A stretch of 52,820 nucleotides of DNA, the filler included, from Sphacelaria rigidula (lineage: Eukaryota): the NCBI GenBank assembly GCA_964200075.2. It is 3 parts of 3 records of this genome, joined end to end, with 100 filler letters (N's around TTAATTAATTAA, not from the genome) between each part and the next. Parts side by side here need not be neighbours in the genome. Positions count along the whole stretch, not along the records: positions 17,644 to 35,182 come from CAXNAA020001049.1; positions 35,283 to 52,820 come from CAXNAA020001050.1; 1 more part is not named here. The stretch is one strand, 5' to 3'. A model generated the notes under the pieces. It did not search any database, was not told the DNA's origin, and worked only from the letters and a program-made list of their open reading frames with translations. The position numbers were made by a program, and so were the translations under genes. How positions within the stretch are numbered: position 1 is the first letter of the stretch; the number at the start of each line of letters is the position of its first letter. This document shows positions 23,001 to 35,833 of this stretch, piece by piece.

Positions 23001-26000
23001 CAACAGCCATGTTCACCGGGATAGACCACCCCCTCAGCCTCCACCTCCACGGTTTCTGCATGTCGACCGTGAGAAGGTATGTTCGTGGACTTCGATTTTT
23101 GGAGCTGTACAAGACGGTGCTTCACGAGGACGAGCAAGACGAGATGCGCTGGACGCTGCGCGGCGTCGAGCGCGGCAACACAAGCGGCGAGAACGGCGTG
23201 CAACGACCAAAACAGACGCAGTTTTTGCTGCTTCGGATGAAATCAATGCGGAGGATGGAGACGGAACAGCGGACGGTATAGGTTCACCTTCTGCTGCTGC
23301 AGGAAATGGACAAATCAGTGCTGGATCGGCGAAAGATTCAACGACTGAAGATAGTGCTACAACATGTACGTCAGAGCGTTTGGATAGTGTACATGGTGAG
23401 TCAATTTCCCGTGGTAGCCCTGGTGTCAATACCAACATTACTACCGAGGAACCGTGTGTGGAAAATTGCACAGAAAATGGCCGCGGCACTCCCGTATCTC
23501 AGCAAGCTATCGTTTTGTCCGATGGAGAGGGACACGCAACGGTGGCCAAAAACAGTACCGCGCCCAAGACAGATAATTTTCTGTGCCTACAGCACAGTGG
23601 GGATGAGCTCGCTCGTTTTATAGGCCATCCTGCACAATTGAATCAACATCCTACCGCCACCGATTGTAAGCGGCCTACCGGGAGAGGTGCGGGGATTACC
23701 CGGGCAGGCACTACTTCACAAAGCTTGCTGATCTATCCCGAAGCCAAGAAGCTCCTCAGCGGCTGGGCGTCGACATTGGTTCCTCTACGGAAACGCCCGG
23801 AACGATTCGGAGAAACACCGAGATTGCGTCCCTGGACAGCTTCAGGAGTGCACAGTCTTGGCAGCCGCGTTGCGTTGGTACGGGATTATGACCATCGACG
23901 AGAGCAGTCAGACAATCGACTGAGTGCTAATCAATGCCAGCGGGCTGCAGCGGGTGCGTTTGGGTGGGAGAGGCGAAGACGCAGTGCCGAGGGTGGCGTT
24001 AGTGAACGGCGCGTGTCGGTTGTTAGTATTGGGCTTACGAATGCGGCGTTTGCGCGGCTCTGCATGGTGTCCGAAAGTGCTAGGGACACCCCCAAGTCAG
24101 CTTTTCCCCAGAGGTAGGAACATCGCTCTCCTGTGCCCTGGTACCGATTTTGGTACTGGATTTCGAGTTGAATCAGCGGAACCACCGTATTTTTTCCCAT
24201 CACAATCGCTTTCAAAAGCGCATCTCGTTCGGGAGTTCACTAGCGTATGTCGTGCATCTAGCTTCACCCTCGCGCTTGAAAACGTTTGATCTCTCGCCCA
24301 ACATCCCTCTCGTCGTGAAAATAAACATGCGCAATGCGCGGGTCACCGATCACGGCGTATCCTTGGACTTCGGACTACCTCGGTTGTCGAAGCCTACGGC
24401 TGGAGGACGGAGCTGGCCTTCTTATGTTTGTGGCTTATATTTCGGAAGCCATTTCAAAGGGAATGCCTTACACACGTCGGGGAGAAAGTATCCGACGATG
24501 GCGGAGTGGGGCAAGGCTCCAGATGACTCGCGCATTTCCTACGGGTATCCCCGATTGTGTTATCATCGGGGAAACCGCAAACCAGCCACGGTTCTCCTCA
24601 CCTCAGGGTACATGCCGTGGTGTAGGAAACGTATCAGCCATGGACATGCCCGGGAACATCTTGACTTCCGTTTCGACCGATTACGACATGGCTGACGACC
24701 AGAACGTTCGGTTTGGTGATGACAGTGCCTTGACTTGTGCGGCTGCACCATGCTGGCCACCAAGTAAGCCCGATGAAGACTTGTGCCACGATACATCGTC
24801 AAGTGGGTGCGACGAATGCTTTGGAAACATTTCAATCACCAAAAGAGCCATACAAGATGAGAAAGGCAATGCCGAGGGAAAAAAAACAGAGAAACGCGCC
24901 GAAGCCTTTTTCTCGGTTGGCATTTCGGAAAATCCTAGCAGGTCTCGGCCTACCTCGGCACCTGCGAGATCGCGCGGCGGCCAAGCGCAGCACTTGGTTG
25001 ACTGGTCCCCTGCTGATCACACCACATCCCTCCGGTATGGAGAACCCCGATTCGTGCGCCCAAAGAGCGCCCCAGGATGTATCCCAGGAGGGCTGCAGGC
25101 ATCTCAGCGTAGACTGCGAGAAACACACGCAGCAAAGTTGGATCGCAAGCGCTCCAGCTTCGCCACCTTGGCAAGCGGGCGCCAAGGCCAGCTTGGGTCG
25201 GCGAAGGAGGGTGATGGTGGTAAGGAAGGGATTGGGTCAAACAATTTACACGATAGCGCGTGGTGGGATGTTCACCAAGCTAATGGCGACGCAAGAAAAT
25301 GTAGCAACCTAGGAGCACGTGGCGAACCACATGCGAACCACCAAAATGCCTTTGACGACACGGGTAGCCGCATCATCCTTATGAACCCGATTTCACATGC
25401 AGAGAAACTGGCAACGCCAATATCAACCGACGGGGAGATTCCACGAGTAGCGGACGATGAAGATATGGACCTTGAACATTCTAGGGAGTTTCGGCGGATT
25501 GCTCTCCAACTCAAGGTGAGTGTGACCGCAGAGGGGCTCCTCTTGGCTCCTGAGAGCTCTACAAAATACCGTTCCTTTTTGGGCAGGGTTAAGGCCGTTG
25601 ATACCCTCAGATCCCCACCTCGTAGCGTCCTTATCTAGAACAAACTACGAAGAAATAAAATATATCAAAACTACTGTTCTGGGTGCTAGGTCATCATTCA
25701 GAAAGGCTCACGTCGACATGGAGGGTGTGGAGATGAACTGAAAATTATGCGAAGGTCACGTCAGGCTGCAAATATTACATCTCGAGTTGGACTTTTGACA
25801 AATGGATGTTCACAAGACGGGACCTAAGAAATCGGAAAGGTGAACTAGAGTCCTCTCAGTGACGTGATACACAGTGTCCGTAACATGTGATGGGGAATAT
25901 TTCTTGATGTAGGCCCACGCACGGTGTCTGTATAATCTCACATTCCAAACAACCAACATATTTTCCCGTACCATCATACTGGGCCCTCGAACGAGAGCAC

Positions 26001-29000
26001 CCTTCCCCTGTCCTTTGCAAGGTTTCCGCGGCAAAAAGTGCGGCGGCTGTCGATGAACACGAGGCAGCATGGCGAAATTCGAAGGAAAGAGCAGAGGTGC
26101 TTTTCAATGACCGAAGGCTTGCTGCAGAAGAGGATGCACAAGATACCGCCAATGATGTCGAATCCGATACTCGATCGCGCCTGCATGAAATCATTCTTCA
26201 GGTTCGGCTCTCGATAAACTTCAGAGTTTGGTACGATTGTCAGATCGAATTCTGCAGCACTGTTGTGTGACGTGCTGGAGACACAAGATCTGCGGTGGGA
26301 AATTGTTTTTCCGGAGGAGAAACAAGTAGGTCATGTTCACGATGATCTGCCCCGGATTTATAGTCTCATGTGAACTACCTAGAGCAACATACACTCTGAA
26401 ACGTGAAGCAGGAGACGAATGGCTCCGCGCGAACGGCATGCGTTGCTCATGGGTTGCAGACGTGCAGCCGTACTCGCAGAATCGCACGGGGATTAGTCCA
26501 TCGCCTGCATTTCGCTATTACTCACCGTTGTTCTCGGTCTTGACGTCACTGTGTGAATACAGTCAGGATTTGTGAAGAGCACACGGAAGGTCAAGGAGTC
26601 CGCACTGAATGACATCCAACGAGTTCTTGCTCAAGACAATTTCATGTACGCAGCTCGAATGGCGGCGTCGGAGCGAATGACGGCGCAAGCACGAAGGCTG
26701 GAGGCAGGTGAAATATAATACTTCGTGAAATGATGATGTACCGGCGCACTTCATGCTTATACATCGGCGGCTTCGACGCATCGTGTCCGCATCTCGACTG
26801 AGAAGTCGGAGCACCGTTCGGTGTTTCTACCAACAAACACTCTGCGTGCCAAGCTGGCGACTGCTAGACGCATCACCACGAACGGAGGCTTCGCATTGTA
26901 GTTGGGACTCTCTTTACGTCAATTTCAGTGAGAAGATTGCCATGGTATGTGCACCGGAGCACTAGCACCATAGCAGCTGCCGTACTCCATTGAGAGTATC
27001 TTTCGTCGAACGAACCTGCGACATGCCCTTCTCATATCCTTTTTGCCTGTCATGTTTGTGATACCCATGCATTCGTTGGGTCACTTCCCTTTGATATTTA
27101 GCCAACAACGCTGTGGATGCATCATGTTTGCAAGAGCTCAGACGACGAGGGTGCCTCCTTCGAATATTCGACCGCACGGAGAGAGCGAGAGACAGCATGA
27201 GGGCAGCGTGCCGCGACAGAAGGGAAACAATTGAAGTAAGAACACACAGCCGACTCACAGTGGGCCCTCTCCCTCGTTGAGTCCACTCCAGGCTCAAAGG
27301 GATGATAACACAAACGCCGTTCTGCCTGCCTGTCACGTTTCCAGTTTCGCGCTTCCCGTGTCACGCTCTCCGTGTCGCGCTTCCCGTGTCGCGCTTCCCG
27401 TGTTCGACGTATATCAGACAAGTCAGTGTTTTCTCAGGGAGTAAGGTGACGTCGACGTAACACTGGGATGTGCCACGGGCACCGCTTGAGCCGGAAAATA
27501 TGGTGTCGAGCGGCACAGGTAGCGGCTAACGCTGGCCTGAGAATAAGGGCTTGGGTTGGAGTTAGGGTATGCCTTGGCGAAGTAGTTTTCGATCGAAATA
27601 GTGCGATGGATAATAATTTTGATCTGATAGATCGTCCGTTCAACATGAATGGCGTGGACATGAATGGCGATCTATCAGATAGAAGTTTTTTTTTCTTCGC
27701 CGCACTGTACAGATCAGAAACAGTTTGCTAGGACACGGCCTAACGGTGGTCGCACTTTGAGTTCGGGTCAGGTTCAGTGGAGGTTCAGTGGCATCTTGGC
27801 AGGTGCGAGTGGAAGGTGAAGCTGGTACCCTGGCACGTCCCAGCGCCACTGCTCCCATGCGCAATAGTGTGCAACGAATGTTTTCGTGAGATGGAGAGTA
27901 GAGGATACGATTGAGAGTGAGAAGCGGTCAACTAATGCATGAAATTTTTCAGTTCCGAAATGCCCCTCCACGAGGCCCGACACACTTTCTGTTGTAGCTT
28001 GCCACTGGAGCCTTTGATGTATCCCTGAGTAGGATATCGACGTGTAGCTGTAGGCACACGACAGTGATGGAGGCAACGAAAAGCACACACGGAATGAAAA
28101 ATCAACCAAGTTAGAGGAAATTGTTAAGGTCACTCTCAATCAACGCCGAAATTCTCAATTTTACGAAAACGATGTTTGCAGCACTCAGCAGCGGATACTG
28201 ATAGGCTCGTCACGTGTCGCGGGCACAGGTTCTCTCGCTGCGGTCCACGCTTCTTCAATAGACACGATTATTAGTGGCAGTAGTGACGAAACTTTGTTTT
28301 CAGACTGGTTCGACTTTGTCGGAAAAATTGACACTTTCGTCGGACTTCTCCAGAACACAACTGCTGAATAAAAACCCGACGCTTGATTATCGAAGTAATC
28401 CATAGTCAGCCTTAGATGTATTTTTTTTGCCTCACTTGATCAAAGTATTTGCTCTGACATTTTTAGATATATATTTTTTCTCTTTTTCTAAAAGTCGGAG
28501 TTTTTGCTCGAAAAAAAGTCCCGTTCATAACTCCCCATACTAACAAGCAAGTTCTCTTCCAAATCGCATATCAGTTCGGTTGCATCCCGCATTTTCATTG
28601 ACGACATTCGTGGAGGTCATGGAGGCGAGGCTGCAAGAAGCTAGCCATGCACGACGATTGCTACTTGGCAACGTTCGTCAACTGGTAGAAAGGGTGAGAG
28701 TCGTCCTCACGGCACAGTACAGAAGTTATACTTCGAGTAGTATTTCGTGGGAAGCGCGTTAGCAAGCACTCCAGCGCCGTTTCTTTCCACGGCGCGACGT
28801 TTGGTACTTCCGGCAGACTAGCTCACCCGTGGAAATCCACACACGTCGCATTGAGAATCTGGGGGTAGGCTGGCGAGTGCATGCCCTTGTGCTGGGCTTA
28901 TTGTTGCCGCCTGCTTCCGTGCGCCAGACGTTACACTATGGTCGGTTGTCTTCTTCCCACCGTACTGTTTGTCTTCTTCGCACTTTAACAGTAGAAAACA

Positions 29001-31250
29001 TTCCCGAGATATTACTGACGCGCCATACCTACGTGGGCATCCACCGGAAGCATTTGGAGACCGCACAACATGTGCCTATGGTATCTGTATCCGCGAGTGG
29101 AGGTGCGAGTACAGATGGAGACTGCTAGAGAGGTTACGACGCATCGGCCATGAAAGCTGCAACAAAGTTGGTCGTGTAATTGAAACTTCCGCAGTGCTGA
29201 GTTTCGGACCACCAACTTGCATACCCTATTCAGCGTATCGACTGCCCGCTTTTCCTGTCCGGCCCGTGTCCAGATGGTCTGCGTCGCGGAGCTTGCGTCC
29301 ATCAACATGCGGTGGTGCTATGGACGCATGGAGGAGCGAAAGCATGCGCGTAATACCTCGAAAAAGTTAACTCGAGATTCAATTCGAAGACAACGAGTGA
29401 GTCATGGCTGAAAGTGAGAAGGGAACGACCTCAAACGATTCGGTCAATGTACCCCAAACTGGGGCTAGTACGGTGTGTTGTATATATTGTCATGGAGCCA
29501 CGTGCGCAAGTGTATGGGGGAACCTATGGCCTGTATGAGTAGCGACGTCGCCGGCGTGGGTTAGGATAATCAGCGGTGTCCCTCATACTGTTTCCCGATG
29601 CAAAATATCACATGGAGGAACTTCATGGTAGCAAGAGACGAAAACATCGGCCACTGCCTCGTCCCTGCATCAAACGAATATTGTCGGGATCCATTGAACA
29701 ACGGTTGAGAACGATGCAGACAGTGCTGACAACTTGCCCTAGTAGAACACCTAGGGTCGGCTCAAGGTATTAGACTCATTGTCAGCCTGCGGTTTCAAGT
29801 ATGAACACCAATGAAATTGATCGGGACATTATCCAGACATTCAACACCACTCGCGTTTTACCGTTCAAACTTTGGTTGCAACGTTACAACAAGCGCATTC
29901 GCGTTAACCCTGTTGAAAAATTGACTCAGGTGGCTACCACCTCGCCGATTTTCATTTCGAAAACCACAGTGACGTATTTACCGATGCCTCAACCACTTTG
30001 AACAATACATTCCACCGGTATATATTATTATGTACGCAAGATTCACGCCCAACTCGTGGGTGCTGCAACCCACCAGCCCGTACCCTTTGATCGCGCACCT
30101 TGATAGCAAGTCATACTCAACGAAATTGTACCCGTGAGCAAACTTATAAAGCAGAGGAGTTCGCCGTGCTTCCTAACGCGCGCCCTTCTTTTGTCACTTG
30201 CTGCGAACCAGGCACTGGATATGCGACTTCTACCTTGCAAGTCGGTAGATTCTTCCCAAAGGACTGGCGCTCTCTCTGAATGGGATGCATCTGCAATGCT
30301 TCTTGTGACCGCATCCAGACGCCTGCGCGGACTAGTTCGGGACCTGCATGCGGCACCTGTGAGAACCGGTCGGCAGGTCTGTCGGTGTGTACGATCGTTC
30401 CACTAGATTCGCTCCCAGAATCATGCTATATAGTTTTGAGGCAGTGAGACACACCGTGTATGGCCACGCCTTGTTGCAGAACGAAACATGTTGGGAAGCT
30501 GCTAGTGTGTGCACTTGAAAGCAGTGTAGCTGTTGTGGAAGTGGCTGACGGAAGCTAATCCCTTTTGCGCTGCTGCAGCGCGGTTTTCACACTACACCTC
30601 CGCTCTAGTCGCGAAGTGTTCGTGGTCACCAACGCTTGTCCCAAGAGACGGCCCACTCCGCAGAGATGAAGTTTGGGTGATCATTTGTTTCAAGAAAATC
30701 CCGGGAGCGATTCGGTTAGAAAGCTGTTTTCGTTGAAGCCTCAGGGCCCTCACCGACAGGCTCTATTTTTCACTCATTTTTCATCCATTTTCATCCATTT
30801 TCATCATGAAAGGAGATGAAAAGAGATGAAACTATTTAATAAAAAATAGATGAAAATAGGTGAAAAACGGCGAAAAGTGTGAAAAATAATCCCGTCGAGG
30901 AGGGCCCTTGGAGGTATTGCCCGCCCGCTCTTGTGACGCCCTGATTCAGCATCCTGCTAGAAGTTATCGTCCGCTAAGCATGCATGAATTGCCGTACAAT
31001 TTCCATGTTACAGTGAAATGACCATGTATGGCCAAGGAAACGTAGTCTTACGAATCTGCGGGGGTTAAAGATACACAGTCTCGTCGACCGAACGCCATCG
31101 TCAATCGACATTTCACACGCTACACAGCTGCCCACCTACGGTGAAATCCTCTTCGTGGATTACTTACTTTTCTCCCCCCGTTGTGCTGTTGTCACTCAGG
31201 AGAAATTGCCGCCTCAGCGATTGGAGGCAGATACGTCTGCCAGTGGCTAG
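20097..31250 (+). CDS. Large multi-exon hypothetical protein (~1440 aa): disordered Arg/Ser/Ala-rich N-terminal region plus helical/coiled-coil C-terminal region
   Basis: Phase-consistent model: 20097-20120, 21811-24113, 24393-25515, 26022-26201, 26563-26707, 27102-27235, 28616-28693, 29274-29396, 30212-30376, 31200-31250 (4326 nt, open). It is supported by the 774-aa and 434-aa ORFs and a chain of small GT-AG exons with helical peptides. First exon, the 24393 and 28616 acceptors and the last exon are uncertain. Confidence 0.7.
20805..21391. mobile_element. MITE with ~34-bp imperfect TIRs (CAAGG...CCTTG) and 7-bp TSD TCACATC (P-superfamily-like)
   Basis: TCACATC|CAAGGATCTGTTGGGAGAAGAATTTCGGACACG ... 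CGTGTCCTGAAGCCTTTTCCCGACAGACCCTTG|TCACATC. Its interior is homologous to ~9000-9360 and its terminus to ~10690-10798. Confidence 0.85.
21392..21644. repeat. Degenerate self-complementary minisatellite (~19-nt unit GATGGACGTCCATATCCCA) inside a small TIR element (20755-21644)
   Basis: About a dozen GATGGA/TCCATC-based units, also present left of the MITE (20767-20804). Outer ends ATCGTGCAACCT and AGGTTGCAAGAT are inverted repeats. Confidence 0.7.
27586..27720. repeat. Intronic imperfect hairpin
   Basis: ATCTGATAGATCG..CGTTCA vs TGAATGGCGATCTATCAGAT, with outer AGTGCG/CGCACT pairing. Confidence 0.6.
30742..30910. mobile_element. Short MITE with AGGGCCCTC termini and internal TTTTCATC/GATGAAAA repeats
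   Basis: CAGGGCCCTCACCGACAGG...TATTTTTCAC vs GTGAAAAATA...CCCGTCGAGGAGGGCCCTTG. Confidence 0.7.
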
Positions 31251-34200
31251 ACCGCCGGCAGCATTTCTGGAGTTCACGACCATACCGACTTCAAGTAAAC
31301 AGTGACGAGGTCGGCGCCTAGTGCACTACTTCCATGTCGGTACAGATCTGGCCAATTAACGCATATTCACAATTACCCTTACACAACCGAGCCCGGCAGT
31401 ACTCACAGCTGACTTATACATGGAGGATGAACAATGTGCACCCGCCTCGTCCAAACATGAACAAACTCTACTGCACGCCTGTCGGCGAAAAACATCTTCT
31501 TTTGCGTCTTGTCCGCCGAGCGCCAATGTCCTTCTGGCCTCCATCCACGCCTGCAAGACCCATACTCCAGCTCATCACGGGATCGTCAGCGGACAACGTC
31601 TCGGCAAATACGTGTCTGGACATTCAACACGGTAGACGCGCAGGCCCCTAGTCAGACGCCACGAGGACATCCTTCTTCGCCGGGGGTTCGAAAATAGTTG
31701 TTTCTGGTAGAGAGAGCGCCTGCATACCAGAAGGCCGTCACCATGCATACATATGCGGCGCGTCGTAGTTTTTTGTGCACTGGCCACGACCGCCAGCAGC
31801 ACCTGGACATCTCTGGACAACGGTGTGATATGATCATCACACCAGTGAGAGTACAGTGGACGTATTGGTTTAAGAGCGTGTAGGTGTATGGATTTAAGAG
31901 CGGTCTGTTTAAGGGGAGCCACGATTTAGGAGAGATTAAGTTTCCGTGTGACGAATGTTTTGGACTCAAGAGAGACTTTGGGCTGCGCCGGTCAAAATTC
32001 TCTTAAATGAAGCAGGGACGTTTAAAGTATCCCGTGTTATACATCACGTGGTATCTACTTAGCCGAAAAATTACGGTCGACGCGAAGAAGAAGGTACAGT
32101 CTAGTGGGCTTCACTCGACTCGTTATGCAAGCGGAGTAGACATTCTTTTGCAATATTGATGCCCAGGAAGAAAAAGACGCATTATGCCACGTTCTGCAAT
32201 TACTGAACTTCACAGTGCCGCAGAGCACCACCTGGGTTTCAATTGGGCCGACGCGAGCAGAGGGCCACGAAAATGTTAGTGAGATACTGCGGAAATTTTT
32301 CCCTGCCTCCGATGGCCAAATGGGGGGCATTATTGGCGGCCTCTTAACCAATGCTTGAATGACACGGATTTGTGTCAGAAAAGAAAGCGCAAGCCTTTGC
32401 CAGGATGGTTGGGGACCCACGTTCGTTCTCGCAGCGTTCATAGGAGCATCGCGGAGCACCGTGGTGGGCATATTGTTCGAGGTACAATTTATCCATTTTC
32501 TCCCGAAAGACGGAATCATGGACGTTTGAGGTTTGTTCGTAAACCGTGAGGATAGGAGTACAGATAAGAGTCGAGTTGGCGGATGCCGACACGACGCGGG
32601 AATGCTGATAGTCATGATCCAATTCCGAATACCAAAATATAAGGTGTGCACCGGGGGGGAGATGGGGTGGTGGCTTGAGATCATGAACTCTCCCCGAGAA
32701 AGGGGCGGGGCTGAAAGTAAGACAAAAAAGTAGAAAAAAGTAGAACAAAACGGGTGCAAATTACACCCATTTTTAGCAGCCATTTGATTTGAGTGATATT
32801 ACAATAGTGCGGCTTAATCGTGGCCGAATTTGCACAAACAACACAATATTTCAGCAGACACGGGGACCGTACAATGTCCGAAGAACGTATTCATGAGATT
32901 GAGAGTAGAACGCTGATTGAGAGTGGCTTTGAATCATTCGCTTCAACTCAGCCAATTTTTCATTCCGTGTGTGGTTCTCTTTGCCTCCACCGCTAGCGCG
33001 TACTTACAGCTACACGTCGATATCCTACTCAGATATATCGAGGGCCTCAGTGGCAACCTTATACACAAAGCATATCGGGTGTCGTTCGGGAGCATTTCGG
33101 AACTGGAACGATTCATTTACCAATTGACCGCTTTTCACTCTCAATCGTATCCTCTACTTTCAATCTCACGAAAACATTGCTTATATGTCGTCACCAAACA
33201 CCAGGATAATCCCATGCGAGACTTGAGTCAGAGCTGCTACTAACACCGTTCGGACGCCCGGTACCCTCATTTTCACGAATACTCTAAGGCTGGTGCAGTT
33301 CAGCGATTGCTCTTGTCCTCTACTCATTAAGAGTCAGTTTCAGCAGCAATGTTGGGCGAGCATCGTGCAAATTAGTATGCCAATGCAAAATAATGTAAGT
33401 CAAGGGCTTTGAGGTGCACTAATTTACACTCCTCTGCTCCGATGGGGTGTAAATGACGGTGCAAATTAGGAGGCCGTACAAGTGAGGCTCATCATTCTCG
33501 ACACTGTATTTCGGAGATCTCCGACAAGTTGGGATGTTGATGACTTTCGGAAGGTCGTGCGCGCCAAGGGTTACACACAAGGCAGCTCTCCAAAGCGCTG
33601 GGTCGCCATCCAAATTTTTTCAGACATGTCCAAAAATGAAGGCTCGGAGAAACAATCAAGCCGCTTCATTGTTGGAGAAATTCGAGCGAGATCCCACATG
33701 TCCGAAGCAATCGGACGTCTCCGTACCAACGGTGTTCCTCCGAGACCCATATGATTGAAAAGGCTTTTAGACACATATATATATATATATATATATACAG
33801 AATATCATAAGACCATGCCGGTTGGTAATCCCGTCACATCACGAACACAGCATGTATATTGCACAATACATTGCATAATATCATTCGGTAGCAGCAACGA
33901 ACTACTTGTCGTACACCGCTCTCCTCAACATGGCGGCCGTACCACTACAGCAGCTTGGCGGAAGTACTAAGTCGGTAACCGCCGGTCTCGCCGGAGCTAG
34001 CTCACTCAATACTCATTATCCAGCGATCATCGCGACTCCAAAGTCACTATCCAGTCAGCGAATTTGCTCCCCTACGGCCACAAGAACGACTGACCCACCA
34101 AAACTTCTCGGTTTTGTTATGCTCATGTCGAGGAGGACCCTAGGTGATGCGATTGATCGTTTAATTCCGTGTATTTATTGAGAAACGGGAAGAATAGGAA

Positions 34201-35182
34201 GAATAAGTCTTTTGTACAGCTGATGTGGTCATTCCCTCATTCTCGACGCATTTGTGTGTGTGTGGGGGGGGCGAGGGTCCGGGTGCCGTGATTTCCCAAT
34301 GTGGGGCCGCTTGTTCTATGCAATGTTATTCCTATTCAATAATATTATATGGAGACGGTATTTTTGGGCGGTATCTTTGGAAATTAGGCGCCCCAACATA
34401 GTACACCAGGCGTCTGATGAAGCTGAAACTTGACGTGTGTGTGGACTGAAGCCGCAGGCCGGTGTTGACGCTGCAGTTTCGGCGATCCAAGGCGTTTTGT
34501 GCGCTGCGTGGCTTGAAAGGATGGTTATGCACGATGCTGCAGTGATTCCGAAAACAAGGACGCTTTCTGATGACAATTATAGAGGGTAACGATATGAAAT
34601 TCGTGCGGAGGCAGGAGGAGTAGATATTGCCATCCTTGTTGTTTACATCGGCCCCCTGATGGTCGAGGCTGGTATCAAGGCCGGAAGTAATCACCAGTTA
34701 GGGTTCTCCATATATATGTTAGAGGCAGATGCCCCTAACTTTTATACGCTGTGCCGAGCAAGATGCGGCCGCACAACGCACCCAAGGAGATGAGTATCCT
34801 CTGCCGAGACCACTGCGGACCTGCTCGGGCAGGGAGCAACGTGCGTCTCCTCCCTCACATTGCACGTGTGTACACCAACACATGAATCCCGGCTTAAATC
34901 CGTTCGAGAATCATGGACAACACAAGAGGGCACAAAAAAGTATTCCTGGACCCACCATCCCCCCCCCCCCTCGTCAGGCAAAAAACAAAGAAAAAACAAT
35001 TCCAAACAAAATGGGTGTTTCGGAGCCTTGTTGACGTCAGTAAATGAGGGAGACGTTGTCCAAATGCTTCATGTGTGCCGTTTGTGCGTTGGCACCTCTC
35101 TACTGACTCTTGTATTGACAGCCGATTTTATATTTTGGGGTTCATACAAAATATGGGGCTGAAGTGGCATATCTGTCTTGCA

Positions 35183-35282
35183 NNNNNNNNNNNNNNNNNN
35201 NNNNNNNNNNNNNNNNNNNNNNNNNNTTAATTAATTAANNNNNNNNNNNNNNNNNNNNNNNNNNNNNNNNNNNNNNNNNNNN
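35183..35282. other. Assembly gap (N-TTAATTAATTAA-N spacer)
   Basis: Identical 100-nt linker. Confidence 0.97.
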
Positions 35283-35740
35283 GCATTCGACCATTGACCA
35301 CGCATCCCTTTCGAGACGGAGCATGGGGGGGGAGGGGGGGGGGAGAGATGTATGTTACCGTCGAAAGTTTCATATCTATATAGTGGCCTGATTCCTATTA
35401 TCCCGTAGTACTGTGCCACGTGACCATTGCACGAATGTAGGCCTCAAGATGGAGTCAGTTCTCGTTTCATGAACCAGTAAAAGGGGCATATACTGTGGTT
35501 CGAATACATATGTTTTACCTATATATGTCAGCATCTCGCACAAGCGCTACCATGACACTTCATCCATTCCCTCTCCCACGACAGCGTGATTTGAACGGCG
35601 CTTCATTTCACTGCTCACCTCGTCATCTTGTCATCTTGCCTACTCTCGTCTGCACCTTCCGATCATTCTATCCGGTAAGGAGGTTGGTTGCATACAACGT
35701 ACAGGTTGCACACACCGTTTTCTACGATACTTACGCGTAC

Positions 35741-35833
35741 CTTAGGGCAGCTCCAGTTCAGCTTGGGGAAAACAGCGCCTCCAAGCGAGCGAATCGCATC
35801 GCTCATGCGTTCGTGAAGGCCAGGAAATTCCGG
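35741..35833 (-). CDS. CDC123: CDC123 homolog, coding exon 2
   Basis: CAG|PEFPGLHERMSDAIRSLGGAVFPKLNWSCPK|GTACGC contains the hallmark GGxVFPKLNWSxP motif and is in phase 0 with exon 1. Later exons were not found; an assembly gap follows at 35183-35282. Confidence 0.88.

Noticed and set aside
34630..34690. Ankyrin-like peptide LDHQGADVNNKDGN (minus strand)
   Set aside because: Isolated short match without a TPLH motif, neighbouring repeats or splice support.
35283..35330. CDC123 exon 3 (GATGCGTGG = DAW)
   Set aside because: No in-phase AG acceptor, and the same sequence recurs at ~36753, so it is a repeat.
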